A stretch of DNA of 64,000 nucleotides from Bacteroidales bacterium (GCA_017962275.1 JAGCVQ010000038.1:421-64420); one strand, 5' to 3'; shown: positions 28,082 to 37,338, counted from the stretch's first letter. The notes: generated by a model not told the origin, from the sequence alone. Translations and numbers: made by a program.

Positions 28082-30577
28082 TTACTTTCTTTTTCTCGAC
28101 ACAGCACGTTTTTTGGCGGTCGGGGCCGTCTCCTGCATAATCTTCACACAGTCTTGATAGGTCAGCTTGTTGGCCGGTATCTCTTTGGGTATCTTGAAAT
28201 TGTCAGTTCCGTTGGTGATATAGGGACCGTAGCGACCGTTCATCACCTTCAGGTTGGCATCTTCACTGAACGACAGCAGCACGTTGCGGGTCTCCTTGTT
28301 CTTGATGAAGTCGATAGCCTGCTCCTCTGTCAGGGCATTCACATCCGTGCCTTTGTCGAGGGTAATATTCTTGCCATCATATTTAATATAAGGACCGTAG
28401 CGACCGGCGGCGGCGAGAATCTCCTTGCCATCAAGATAGCCCACAACATGCGGGGCACGGTCAGCGGTCTTCTTCATCTTATTCTCTATCAGTTCAATAC
28501 AGCGTTCCAACGAAATGGAATAGGGATCGTCGGTCTTCGGGATGGACTCGAACGTACCGTCGTAGCGCACATACGGACCGAACCGTCCCACACCCACGGA
28601 AACCTCCTTGCCGTTCCATTCACCCACAGTACGGGGCAGACGGAACAGGTCGAGGGCCTCCTCCAAAGTGATGGTATCGATGAACTGGTCAGCCTGCAGA
28701 CGGGCGTAACGCGGTTTCTCGTCGGCGTAGGATTCCCCAATCTGCACCATGGGACCGTACTTGCCCAATTTGGCGAAGACCTTCTCGTTGGTCTTGGGAT
28801 CGTAACCCAACAGCCGCTCGCCGCTCGCCTTGGTCGAATAGTTGATAGCGGTATCGACCTGCTGGTGGAAGTCGCCGTAGAAACGGTGCATCATCTCCTG
28901 CCAGTTGGCCTTGCCTTCGGCGATGTCATCGAATTCCTTCTCCACATCGGCGGTGAAGCCGTAGTCCATGATGTCCTTGAAGTTCTCCTGCAGGTAATCG
29001 TTGACCACAATGCCCACGTCGGTGGGGATGAGTTTGTCCTTCTCGTAGCCGTATTTCTCCTTCTTGGTCTCCTCTTTGATGCCGTCGGGGGTGAGGGTAA
29101 GGCAGACATACTGCCGCTCCTTGCCCTGGCGGGTAGCCTTGCGCACATATTCGCGTTTCTGGATGGTGGAGATGGTGGGCGCGTAAGTGGAAGGACGACC
29201 GATGCCGAGCTCCTCGAGCTTCTTCACAAGGCTCGCCTCCGTGTAACGCACCGGCGGCTGGGCATAACGCTGCGTGGCCGAAATCTGACGGGCGCTCAAC
29301 GCCTCATCCAGCTCCATGGCCGGCAACATACCCTTAATTTCCTCATTATCTTCATCTTTCGATTCCGTATAGACCTTCAGGAAGCCGGGGAAGAGAATCA
29401 CCTCACCGGTGGCCACGAACTTCTCCGAACGTCCCTCCACGGGGATGGAAATCGTCGTCTTCTCGGTCTTCGCATCGCTCATCTGGGAGGCGATGGTGCG
29501 CTTCCAAATCAGCTCGTAGAGGTTCTTGGCGAAAGTGTCTCCGGGGATGGTCTCCCGGGCGATGTTCGTCGGACGGATGGCCTCGTGCGCCTCCTGTGCC
29601 CCCTTCGACTTGGTGACATACTTGCGGGTCTTGGCGTACTCCTCACCGTATTTCTCGGCGATGACGTTATGCGCAACCCCGAGGGCCATGTTCGACAGGT
29701 TCACAGAGTCGGTACGCATATAGGTGATGTAACCAGCTTCGTAGAGCTGCTGGGCCACCACCATCGTCCGCGACACGGAAAGTCCGAGCTTGCGGGCGGC
29801 CTCCTGTTGTAGCGTGGAGGTGGTGAACGGCGGCGCTGGAGTCTTCTTGCCGGGGGATTTCTCAATGGCCGCGACCTTGAAGTTGGCGTTGCGGCAGTGC
29901 TCGAGGAATGCGGTGGCATCCTCCTGGGTGGTGAAGCGCTTGTTCAGTTCCGCGCTCAGCTCGATTTTCGCGTCGCGCAGGGGCGTGAAGAGACCATCGA
30001 CACGGAACGAAGAGGTGCTGTTGAACTTCTCGATCTCATGCTCGCGCTCCACGATAAGCTTCACCGCCACCGACTGCACACGACCCGCCGACAACGACGG
30101 ACGCACCTTGCGCCAGAGCACGGGTGACAACTCAAAGCCCACCAACCGGTCAAGGACACGGCGGGCCTGCTGCGCGTTCACCAAATCGACATTCAGCGTG
30201 CGCGGGTTGGCCAAGGCCTCCTCGATAGCGGATTTTGTAATTTCGTGGAATACAATACGTTTCACCTTTTCAGGATCCATCTGGGTCACCTCCATCAGGT
30301 GCCAGGAGATAGCTTCACCTTCGCGGTCATCATCGGTTGCGAGCCAGATGGTGTCCGCCTCGGCCGCCTTTTTCTTGATGTCGTTGATGAGTGCCTTCTT
30401 GTCATCCAGAACCTCGTACTGAGGTTCGAAATCATGGGCGATATCAATGCCCATGCCCTTGGCGGGGAGGTCGCGCACGTGACCCTTACTCGAGATCACG
30501 GTGTAGTCCTTGCCGATGAACTTCTGGATGGTTTTCGCCTTCGCCGGAGACTCGACGATGATTAGATTTTTGCTCAT
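28082..30577 (-). CDS. topA: DNA topoisomerase I
   Basis: TOPRIM start MSKNLIIVESPAKAKTIQKF, active-site region GYITYMRTDS, and C-terminal GR(F/Y)GPY(V/I) repeats. The in-frame upstream extension to 30736 is a translated repeat element and is rejected. Confidence 0.95.
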   Translation of the reverse strand: MSKNLIIVESPAKAKTIQKFIGKDYTVISSKGHVRDLPAKGMGIDIAHDFEPQYEVLDDKKALINDIKKKAAEADTIWLATDDDREGEAISWHLMEVTQMDPEKVKRIVFHEITKSAIEEALANPRTLNVDLVNAQQARRVLDRLVGFELSPVLWRKVRPSLSAGRVQSVAVKLIVEREHEIEKFNSTSSFRVDGLFTPLRDAKIELSAELNKRFTTQEDATAFLEHCRNANFKVAAIEKSPGKKTPAPPFTTSTLQQEAARKLGLSVSRTMVVAQQLYEAGYITYMRTDSVNLSNMALGVAHNVIAEKYGEEYAKTRKYVTKSKGAQEAHEAIRPTNIARETIPGDTFAKNLYELIWKRTIASQMSDAKTEKTTISIPVEGRSEKFVATGEVILFPGFLKVYTESKDEDNEEIKGMLPAMELDEALSARQISATQRYAQPPVRYTEASLVKKLEELGIGRPSTYAPTISTIQKREYVRKATRQGKERQYVCLTLTPDGIKEETKKEKYGYEKDKLIPTDVGIVVNDYLQENFKDIMDYGFTADVEKEFDDIAEGKANWQEMMHRFYGDFHQQVDTAINYSTKASGERLLGYDPKTNEKVFAKLGKYGPMVQIGESYADEKPRYARLQADQFIDTITLEEALDLFRLPRTVGEWNGKEVSVGVGRFGPYVRYDGTFESIPKTDDPYSISLERCIELIENKMKKTADRAPHVVGYLDGKEILAAAGRYGPYIKYDGKNITLDKGTDVNALTEEQAIDFIKNKETRNVLLSFSEDANLKVMNGRYGPYITNGTDNFKIPKEIPANKLTYQDCVKIMQETAPTAKKRAVSRKRK

Positions 30578-30604
30578 ATAGTTATTATGTTTACTTTTTC
30601 TTGT

Positions 30605-30771
30605 CCCCACACTGCGGCTATCGCCTTGTGTGGTCTTCCTTTCCCAAGCCCCCCACACTGCGGCTACCGCCTTGTGTGGTCTTCCTTTCCCATGCCCCCA
30701 CACTGCGGCTACCGCCTTGTGTGGGGTTAATTGCACTTCGTGCGTTTTGTCCCTTCGGGACTGCTCAATGA
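30605..30771 (-). repeat. REP-like composite element with its second hairpin triplicated (periods 46 and 45 bp)
   Basis: Three copies of ccccacactgcggcta(t/c)cgccttgtgtgg(gg) start near 30605, 30649 and 30695, followed by ttgtcccttcgggactgctcaatg (30748-30771). This is the reverse complement of the architecture at 36487-36548. Confidence 0.9.
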
Positions 30772-30825
30772 TAATAGTCTTTTTTCTATTGGGCTCCTAT
30801 ATTTCCCATTACTAATTACTAATTA

Positions 30826-31401
30826 CTAATTACTAATTGAATAGTTGTAGCCGAGCATCGCATCGACCGTTTCCCAATCCTTGCGGCGGATGTGGTCGCG
30901 GATGACGGCGGAGTGGACGCCGGCGGAATGCCACATCTCCTCGGGGATGTCCACCACCTGGAGGTTATGGTCGCGGCAATATTCCTTGATGCTGTCGTGA
31001 TGACCTTCGCGATGACGGCCGAACGCGTGGTTCGGGCCCATCACCAGCGTGTGCGCATGAAGCGTGCCCATGATGACGTCGCGGATGAACTGCTGATAGG
31101 TCATTTGGGAAAACTCCATGGTGAACGGCAACACGATAGCGACGTCAACACCCTGTTTCTCAATCAACTGCAGATTCTGTTCCAACGGATTGATGGTGAA
31201 GAAATCCGAATCCGGACGGAGGACCGTACGCGGATGCGGATCGAAGGTCATCACCACACTCGTGCCGTCAACCCGCTCCGCCTGCTCACACAGGAAGCGC
31301 AGGATGCGGACATGCCCGAGATGGACGCCGTCGAACGCGCCGACCGCGACCACCGGATTCCGGAATTCCGGCAAATGATCTGTTCCGTTGAAAATCTGCA
31401 T
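30826..31401 (-). CDS. stand-alone FAD synthetase (FMN adenylyltransferase) domain protein
   Basis: VVAVGAFDGVHLGHVRIL nucleotidyltransferase motif and similarity to the RibF N-terminal half. At 191 aa it has no riboflavin kinase half. Confidence 0.75.
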   Translation of the reverse strand: MQIFNGTDHLPEFRNPVVAVGAFDGVHLGHVRILRFLCEQAERVDGTSVVMTFDPHPRTVLRPDSDFFTINPLEQNLQLIEKQGVDVAIVLPFTMEFSQMTYQQFIRDVIMGTLHAHTLVMGPNHAFGRHREGHHDSIKEYCRDHNLQVVDIPEEMWHSAGVHSAVIRDHIRRKDWETVDAMLGYNYSISN

Positions 31402-31424
31402 GTTAATCCTAATGACGAGATAAA

Positions 31425-33893
31425 TTAACGCAGTTTCGCACCCGCTTCACGCTCGTAAGCGGCAATCAGCTTGTTCATCACCTTGTTGATTTCCTCGTCG
31501 GTGAGGGTCTTGTCCGCGCTCTGCAGCACGAAGTTGAGGGCGTAAGACTTCTTGCCCTCCCCTACTCCCGCGCCTTCATAGACGTCGAACAGGGTCACCT
31601 GGCGCAGCAGTTTGGAGGCGTACTTGCGGGCAATCCGCTCCAACATGTCGTAGCTCACCCCCTGGTCCACCACCAAAGCCAAGTCACGGCTCACGGCGGG
31701 GAAAGTGTTGATGGTCTGGTAGGACACGGAACGGCCTTGGATCAGCTCGTTGAGCATCCGCACGTCGATTTCAGCGTAATAGACCGGCTTCTTCAGGTCG
31801 AAGTAGCGGAGGATGTCGCCGCGAAGGACACCGACCTGCACCGGAGCCTGCTCACCGACTTTGTAGGTGAGGTGCTGCGCGAACATGCGCGGCTCGCCGT
31901 CGGTAACTAACTGCACCTTCTCCAACGGGAAGTTGATCTTCAGCAGGAAATTGTCGATCATGTTGCGCAGATAGAAGAAGTCGGCAGGAGCGGACTTGCC
32001 CTCCCAATTGTCTTCGCCCAACTTGCCAGTGACAAACATCGACATTCTGTCGCGCTCTTGATAGCGGACGGTAACATCGTCGCCCACAGCAGTTTCCGGG
32101 TTGAAATGGTAGGTCTTGCCAAATTCGAAAAGACGCAGGTCGGCCGCTTTGTTGTTGACGTTGCGCGCCACATTCTCCAAACCGGAGAAGAGCAGCGTCT
32201 GACGCATGGCGTTGAGCTCGCTGCTCAGCGGATTGAGCAGTTTCACCGTCTCACGCTCATCGAGGAAGTCGAACTTCTCGGCATACTCGGCTTTAGTCAG
32301 CGAATTGTTCATCACTTCGAAGAAGCCATTGTCGGCCAGATACTTGGAGATGGTCATCTGCATCTGATAGGCACTGTCGTTCTGCCGCAGACACGACATG
32401 TCGTAGGTCAGCGTGGTCGGGATTTCAATATTGTTGTAGCCGTAGATACGCAAAATTTCCTCAATGAGGTCGATGGGGCGCGTCACGTCGGCCTTGTTCT
32501 GGGGCACTGTCACGATGAGCTTGTCGTCACCGGCGGGTTTCACCTCCATGTCGAGCAGCATCAGAATCTTCGTAACCGTCTGCTTGTCAATCACTTTACC
32601 CGCAACATTATTCACATCCTCATAGTAGAGCGTGACTTGGACGGGCTCGATTTCGCTGGGATAGCGGTCCACGATGTTCATCACGGGATAGCCGCCGGCG
32701 AGCTCGGTCACGAGTTCCACGGCGCGTTTGAGAGCATAGACCGTGATGGAGGGGTCGCAACCACGCTCGTAACGGAAGGAAGCGTCGGTCTTGAGTCCGT
32801 GCCGTTTGGCCGTCTTACGGATGCTCACGGGATTGAAGTAAGCGCTCTCAAGGAAAAGACGGGTGGTGTTCTCGGTGATACCGGAGTGCAGACCGCCATA
32901 GACACCAGCGATGCACATGCCCTCTTTCTCGTTGCAAATCATCAGGTCGGCGGCGCTAAGCTTGACCTCGTTGCCGTCGAGGGTCACGAAGGGGGTACCT
33001 TCGGGCAGATTCTTGACGATCACCTTGTTGCCCTCGATCTTGTCGGCATCGAAAGCGTGCATGGGCTGGCCAAGTTCCAGCATGATGTATTGGGTGATGT
33101 CCACGATGTTGTTGATGGGACGCACGCCAACGGAGCGGAGCTTGGTCTGCAACCACTCGGGAGACTCCTTCACCGTGATGCCTTCAAGCAGCACGCCGGA
33201 GTAGCGGGGGCAATCCTTGGTGTTCTCAATGACGATGTCCACGCGGGCATGAACGCCGGCCACAGGTTGCACCTCGCGGGCGTTGCGGCGCACAAGCGTG
33301 GAGCAGGGAATGCCGCGTTGGGAAAGGGCGGCATAGAGGTCGCGGGCCACGCCGAAGTGACAGATGGCATCGCAACGGTTGGGGGTGAGACCGATCTCGA
33401 AGACGGTATCGGACTCTACCTGGAAGTACTCCGCGGCGGGAGTGCCGGGGACGGCCTCGTCGGGCAGCACAATGATGCCGTCGTGGGAAGCGCCCAGTCC
33501 GATTTCGTCCTCCGCGCAGATCATGCCCTCGGAGGGCTCGCCGCGCAGTTTGGACTTCTTGATGGTGAAAGACTCGTCACCGCTGTAGAGCACGGTGCCG
33601 ATGGTGGCGACCACCACCTTCTGTCCGGCCGCGACATTGGGAGCGCCGCAGACGATGTGGAGGGGCTCCTCGCCGCCCACATTGACGGTGGTCACGTGAA
33701 GATGGTCTGAGTTGGGGTGGGGCTCGCAGGTGAGCACCTCGCCGATGACGATGCCGCGCAGACCGCCGCGCACCGTCTCGAAGGTCTCCATGCCCTCGAC
33801 CTCAAGGCCGCAGTCGGTGAGGCAGGCCGCCGTCTCCTCCGCCGTAAGGTTAAAATTCAGCAAATCTTTCAGCCACTTGTACGAAATCTTCAT
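31425..33893 (-). CDS. pheT: phenylalanine--tRNA ligase beta subunit
   Basis: MKISYKWLKD start, N-terminal tRNA-binding OB domain, B3/4 and B5 regions, C-terminal FDX-ACB-like domain; 822 aa. Confidence 0.93.
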   Translation of the reverse strand: MKISYKWLKDLLNFNLTAEETAACLTDCGLEVEGMETFETVRGGLRGIVIGEVLTCEPHPNSDHLHVTTVNVGGEEPLHIVCGAPNVAAGQKVVVATIGTVLYSGDESFTIKKSKLRGEPSEGMICAEDEIGLGASHDGIIVLPDEAVPGTPAAEYFQVESDTVFEIGLTPNRCDAICHFGVARDLYAALSQRGIPCSTLVRRNAREVQPVAGVHARVDIVIENTKDCPRYSGVLLEGITVKESPEWLQTKLRSVGVRPINNIVDITQYIMLELGQPMHAFDADKIEGNKVIVKNLPEGTPFVTLDGNEVKLSAADLMICNEKEGMCIAGVYGGLHSGITENTTRLFLESAYFNPVSIRKTAKRHGLKTDASFRYERGCDPSITVYALKRAVELVTELAGGYPVMNIVDRYPSEIEPVQVTLYYEDVNNVAGKVIDKQTVTKILMLLDMEVKPAGDDKLIVTVPQNKADVTRPIDLIEEILRIYGYNNIEIPTTLTYDMSCLRQNDSAYQMQMTISKYLADNGFFEVMNNSLTKAEYAEKFDFLDERETVKLLNPLSSELNAMRQTLLFSGLENVARNVNNKAADLRLFEFGKTYHFNPETAVGDDVTVRYQERDRMSMFVTGKLGEDNWEGKSAPADFFYLRNMIDNFLLKINFPLEKVQLVTDGEPRMFAQHLTYKVGEQAPVQVGVLRGDILRYFDLKKPVYYAEIDVRMLNELIQGRSVSYQTINTFPAVSRDLALVVDQGVSYDMLERIARKYASKLLRQVTLFDVYEGAGVGEGKKSYALNFVLQSADKTLTDEEINKVMNKLIAAYEREAGAKLR

Positions 33894-34041
33894 ATATCTA
33901 ACTTTTTAATTATAAACAAGTTATTGCAAAATATCCAATATTTTTTTGCGGCTGCAAATATAATATATATCAATATAATGTCGGTGGCCAAATGGATTTT
34001 TTTTTAAACGTCGTTTTTCCGCTTCCGGACATGAATTTTTG

Positions 34042-34049
34042 TATCTTTG
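34042..34049 (+). promoter_or_regulatory. -7 box TAtcTTTG upstream of the SPFH gene
   Basis: Context is tgtatctttgccg, only 10 nt before ATG 34059. The mRNA is therefore nearly leaderless, or the start is ATG 34089. Confidence 0.55.
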
Positions 34050-34058
34050 CCGTTCGAA

Positions 34059-34886
34059 ATGAATATTCAAAAAAACAATCATAACAATATGAACAATAAC
34101 CTTAATCCTTCCAAAAAAATTGTTAAATGGACAATTTACGGTTTCCTGGGGCTGCTTGCGCTCATCACGCTTTTCAGTTCCTTCTACACCGTGAAATCGA
34201 CGGAGCGCGGCGTGCTCTCCACCTTCGGGAAAATCCATGACAAGGCCGTGAGCGACGGTCTGCACCTCAAGATCCCGTTCATCCAGACCATACAGAAGGT
34301 GAACGTGCAGCAGAAGAAGTTCGACGGCACGGAAGATTCCTACACACGTGACGTGCAGACCTCCGAGGTGTCGTACACCATCAACTACGACCTGGTGCGG
34401 GAGAATGTCAGTCTGCTCATCAAGAACGTGGGCGCGGACTACCACACACGGATTGTGGAGCCGTACATCCGCAGCGCGGTGAAGAGCAGCTTCGGCAACT
34501 TCAACGCCACGCAGATTGTGGAGAACCGCGACAAAGTGCGCCACGAAATCGAAGACAAACTGCGCCAGACCCTCGACAACCGCTACTTCACGAACATCCA
34601 TTTCCAGCTGGTGAACATCGACTTCGACGACCAGTTCGAAACGGCCATCAAGGAGAAGCAGGTAGCGGAACAAAACGCGCTGAAAGCCAAAAACGTGACC
34701 ATCCAGATCGAGGAGCAGGCGAAACAGACGAAAATCAAGGCGGAAGCCGAGGCCGAAGCCATCCGCATCAAGGCCAACGCATTGGAGAAAAACCCCCGAT
34801 TAGTGGAATACGAGGCGGTGCAGAAATGGGACGGCCAGCTGCCGGAATACACAGGCGGCGCCATTCCCTTCCTCAACATCAAGTGA
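34059..34886 (+). CDS. SPFH/band-7 (prohibitin-like) membrane protein
   Basis: One N-terminal TM helix, an SPFH core (ERGVLSTFGKIHDKAVSDGLHLKIPFIQ) and a coiled-coil tail. The TTG at 34047 lies in the promoter box. Confidence 0.85.
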   Translation: MNIQKNNHNNMNNNLNPSKKIVKWTIYGFLGLLALITLFSSFYTVKSTERGVLSTFGKIHDKAVSDGLHLKIPFIQTIQKVNVQQKKFDGTEDSYTRDVQTSEVSYTINYDLVRENVSLLIKNVGADYHTRIVEPYIRSAVKSSFGNFNATQIVENRDKVRHEIEDKLRQTLDNRYFTNIHFQLVNIDFDDQFETAIKEKQVAEQNALKAKNVTIQIEEQAKQTKIKAEAEAEAIRIKANALEKNPRLVEYEAVQKWDGQLPEYTGGAIPFLNIK

Positions 34887-34955
34887 TGAACGGATAGCTA
34901 TTGGCTGTTAGCGGTTGGCAGTAGAAATACAGAATTAAGGATTACGTGAAAAAAG

Positions 34956-34997
34956 AAAGCGGTTAACGAACCTTCGAGGATGTTAACCGCTTTTTTT
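34956..34997 (+). terminator. intrinsic terminator of the SPFH gene
   Basis: aaagcggttaac ... gttaaccgcttt followed by a T-run. It ends 2 nt from the 3' end of the tRNA on the opposite strand. Confidence 0.8.
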
Positions 34998-34998
34998 G

Positions 34999-35073
34999 TA
35001 CCGGGTAGGGGATTCGAACCCCTGATTTTAAGAATGAAAATCTTACGTCCTAGGCCGACTAGACGAACCCGGC
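34999..35073 (-). tRNA. tRNA-Glu (anticodon UUC)
   Basis: The reverse complement is GCCGGGT TC GTCT AGTCGGCCT AGGAC G TAAGA TTTTCAT TCTTA AAATC AGGGG TTCGAAT CCCCT ACCCGGT A. It folds as a cloverleaf with a TTC anticodon. The D-arm is typical of tRNA-Glu, and CCA is not encoded. Confidence 0.9.
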
Positions 35074-35096
35074 ATTGGTGTCAAAATTTGACGCCG

Positions 35097-35104
35097 CGAA
35101 AATA
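35097..35104 (-). promoter_or_regulatory. -7 box variant TAttTTCG (GTGTATTTTCGCGGC) upstream of tRNA-Glu
   Basis: The reverse complement reads gtgtattttcgcggcg, 24 nt before the mature tRNA 5' end. Confidence 0.45.
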
Positions 35105-35149
35105 CACTTTTTTTGATATGCGCCGACAAATCCGGAAAAATATTTTTTC

Positions 35150-35824
35150 CTACTCGTTTTTGTCTTGTTCAAACCTGAATCCCAGGCGTTTACCAGTCCG
35201 AAGAAGGTTCGTTTGTTCCTCCAATTGCAGGATATCGTTCACCGTGATGATCTTCATATCCTCATAATTTGGCACCAAAAGGTCAAAATTCAGCGTATAT
35301 CGGATGGCCGAAGCGAGGATTTCCTTGACGGCTTCGGGTGAAATTTCGTTCGTGCTGAAGTTGTTGATCACCTGCGCCAGCTCACGCTTGCCCTCGATGT
35401 AGTAGTGGCCCTCCTTGTTGATGAAGATACGGCCGATCATGTAGCCGAGGTCGTTCACGCGGTCATACTTCAGAGAATCGCCCAAGAAGTTGAAAATCTG
35501 GATCATACCGCAGTACGAGCGGTCCTTGTCCTCCTTGATGTAGGGGGTGCGCATCACCTCGTGGTCGCGGGAAAACTCGAATATGTTAGTGTGCATCAGG
35601 AAGATGAGCACATCGCCGCCGAACTTGAGCATGAACTGGTACTGGTTCTTGTTGGTGAAGAGCACCGGGATGTTGTCGTGGTCGTCGGCATAATGGTCAC
35701 GATAGTGTTCCTCGAAGCCCTTGGCGGCATCTTTGAAGAGCTGCATGGTCTCCAAGGTGACGGTGAAGATGTTTTGTTTCAATTCACCTTTGGTAATCAA
35801 TAAGTTACACAGACTGTCATCCAT
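35150..35824 (-). CDS. hypothetical cytoplasmic protein
   Basis: Clean 224-aa ORF starting at MDDSLCNLL, with TTGTATCTTTGCCGC upstream. No family recognised. Confidence 0.7.
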   Translation of the reverse strand: MDDSLCNLLITKGELKQNIFTVTLETMQLFKDAAKGFEEHYRDHYADDHDNIPVLFTNKNQYQFMLKFGGDVLIFLMHTNIFEFSRDHEVMRTPYIKEDKDRSYCGMIQIFNFLGDSLKYDRVNDLGYMIGRIFINKEGHYYIEGKRELAQVINNFSTNEISPEAVKEILASAIRYTLNFDLLVPNYEDMKIITVNDILQLEEQTNLLRTGKRLGFRFEQDKNE

Positions 35825-35864
35825 ATTATTTCCTAATAAAATTGAGCGGCAAAGATACAAAAAT

Positions 35865-35894
35865 TGTAGAGACGCAAAATTTTGCGTCTCTACA
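35865..35894. repeat. 30-bp palindrome family copy; likely terminator of the DUF4332 gene
   Basis: tgtagagacgcaaaattttgcgtctctaca lies 7 nt downstream (minus sense) of the stop at 35901. It is followed on the minus strand by aatttttg. Confidence 0.85.
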
Positions 35895-35900
35895 ATAGAA

Positions 35901-36308
35901 TTAGTACTCCATCATCGGGTCAAGTTCCTTGGCCTGGTCGATCATCTTCTGAAGTTCGCCGGCGGTGGGAACGCGGCCCACAAGGTGCTTCTGTTCGTTG
36001 ACCTCGTTCATTTTGGCGACGAGGTTCTCAGCCACGCGATTGCGGAACTCTTTCACCGTATCGACGCCAGCGGCCTCGAGAAGTTCGGAGAACTGCGGAC
36101 CGACACCGTTGATGCGCATCAGGTCAGCATGGTTGGCCCAGGTGAGGACCAATTTCGGGGAGATACCGGTCTTTTCGGCCAATGCGGCACGACCTGCGGG
36201 TTTCTTCGCGGCTTCGAGCAGTTCTTCCACCGTGTTGATACCGGCTTCCGACAATTTTCCGGCGTAAACATCGCCGATTCCTTCCACGTCAATAATCTTG
36301 TAACTCAT
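35901..36308 (-). CDS. DUF4332-like helix-hairpin-helix protein
   Basis: IEGIGDVYAGKLSEAGINTVEELL and INGVGPQFSELLEAAGVDTVKEF form two HhH-like units, as in DUF4332. Confidence 0.7.
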   Translation of the reverse strand: MSYKIIDVEGIGDVYAGKLSEAGINTVEELLEAAKKPAGRAALAEKTGISPKLVLTWANHADLMRINGVGPQFSELLEAAGVDTVKEFRNRVAENLVAKMNEVNEQKHLVGRVPTAGELQKMIDQAKELDPMMEY

Positions 36309-36388
36309 AATCTTGGATTTTAAGGATTTGAAACGGCAAAGATAACATTTTTCACGACGTCACGTAAAAAAATGTATTTTCGCGGCCA

Positions 36389-36453
36389 GTTTCAAAGTTA
36401 AAAGTTCAAAGTTCAAAGTTCAAGGTTCAAAGGTCAAGGTTCAAAGGTCCAAA
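36389..36453 (+). repeat. degenerate heptamer array GTTCAAR
   Basis: gtttcaaagttaaaagttcaaagttcaaagttcaaggttcaaaggtcaaggttcaaaggtccaaag lies between a promoter-like TGTATTTTCGCGGC (36371) and the thioesterase gene. Confidence 0.85.
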
Positions 36454-36486
36454 GCAACAGACAACCACATAATATATATATTCATC

Positions 36487-36548
36487 GAGCAGTCCCGAAG
36501 GGACAACATCTTAATAACCCCACACAAGGCGACAGCCGCAGTGTGGGG
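36487..36548 (+). repeat. REP-like composite two-hairpin element, copy D
   Basis: gagcaGTCCCgaaGGGACaac ... CCCCACACaaggcgacagccgcaGTGTGGGG, 19 nt before ATG 36567. Confidence 0.85.
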
Positions 36549-36566
36549 ATCTGAAACAAAAAAAAC

Positions 36567-37079
36567 ATGAAGCGAATCATCAACCCCTGGGTGGGAAATA
36601 CAAAAGGTTACAACTGCTTCGGGTGCTGTCCCGACAACCCGAGCGGTGCGCACATGAACTTTTTCTGGGACGGCGAACAGGTGGTGTCGGTCTGGAAGGC
36701 GAACCCGAACTTCGTGAGCTGGATCGACACGCTGCACGGCGGCCTCCAGGCGACCCTGTTGGACGAAATCTGCGGGTGGGTGGTCTTCTACCAGCTGCAG
36801 ACCTCCGGCGTGACGGCCAAGATGGAGATGCGTTACCGCAAGCCGGTGAGCACGCTGTGGCCTTACATCCGGCTGAACGGCAGGCTGGTAGAGCAACGAC
36901 ACAACGTGGCGGTGGTGCACGGCGAAATCCTCAGTCCCGACGGAGTCTGCTGCGCCGAGTGCACCTGCACCTACTTCGTCTTCACCGACGAGAAATCCCG
37001 CGAGATGGGCTACATGCCCGCCGTCCTCGACGACGTGGAACTCACATTGGACGAAGCCGTCGTGCTGCTGGGACGATAA
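36567..37079 (+). CDS. PaaI/hotdog-fold thioesterase
   Basis: LHGGLQATLLDEICGW core motif. The size (170 aa) and N-terminal CxxC are typical of this family. The antisense ORF 36441-37094 and the Arg-rich ORF 36623-37309 are rejected. Confidence 0.8.
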   Translation: MKRIINPWVGNTKGYNCFGCCPDNPSGAHMNFFWDGEQVVSVWKANPNFVSWIDTLHGGLQATLLDEICGWVVFYQLQTSGVTAKMEMRYRKPVSTLWPYIRLNGRLVEQRHNVAVVHGEILSPDGVCCAECTCTYFVFTDEKSREMGYMPAVLDDVELTLDEAVVLLGR

Positions 37080-37081
37080 GA

Positions 37082-37137
37082 GTTCAAGGTTCAAAGTTCA
37101 AAGTTCAAAGTTCAAGGTTCAAGGTTCAAGGTTCAAT
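37082..37137 (+). repeat. degenerate heptamer array GTTCAAR
   Basis: gttcaag gttcaaa gttcaaa gttcaaa gttcaag gttcaag gttcaag gttcaat, starting 3 nt after the thioesterase stop. Confidence 0.9.
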
Positions 37138-37148
37138 AATGACGGAAA

Positions 37149-37176
37149 GTAGAGACGCAAAATCTTGCGTCTCTAC
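37149..37176. terminator. 28-bp palindrome family copy followed by tttt
   Basis: gtagagacgcaaaatcttgcgtctctac + ttttg. Confidence 0.75.
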
Positions 37177-37330
37177 TTTTGTCTTAATTAACAACCGCCT
37201 GTTCGTTTCCCGCTGGATACAGCTCTCTTCGCGCATTGATTTAACGAAAATTAACACTCCTATTTTTCTGATTATTAGTTTATTGAAGCAGAAAGAATAC
37301 GATTTCTGACCGAGCGTCCAAGAAATTTTG

Positions 37331-37338
37331 TACTTTTG
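37331..37338 (+). promoter_or_regulatory. -7 box TActTTTG upstream of the giant gene
   Basis: Context is tgtacttttgccgccg, followed directly by a T10 tract (37345-37354), 92 nt before ATG 37430. Confidence 0.55.

Noticed and set aside
30605-30726. Possible CRISPR arrays: the 45-46-bp triplet here, the octamer tract at 49971-50050 and the 22-bp repeat at 14291-14392.
   Set aside because: The repeats are contiguous or separated by identical short linkers, with no unique spacers. The units are too short or too few, and there are no cas genes in the window.
30578-30736. In-frame N-terminal extension of the topA ORF (MQLTPHKAVAAVWGHGKGRPHKAVAAVWG...).
   Set aside because: The repeated peptide is simply the translation of the triplicated REP-like hairpin. 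The canonical TOPRIM N-terminus starts at MSKNLIIVESPAKAK (ATG at 30577).
36623-37309. 228-aa Arg-rich + ORF running through the thioesterase gene, the GTTCAAR array and the palindrome.
   Set aside because: It is out of frame with the recognisable hotdog-fold protein, crosses a terminator palindrome and repeat array, and has extreme Arg/Pro/Gly composition.
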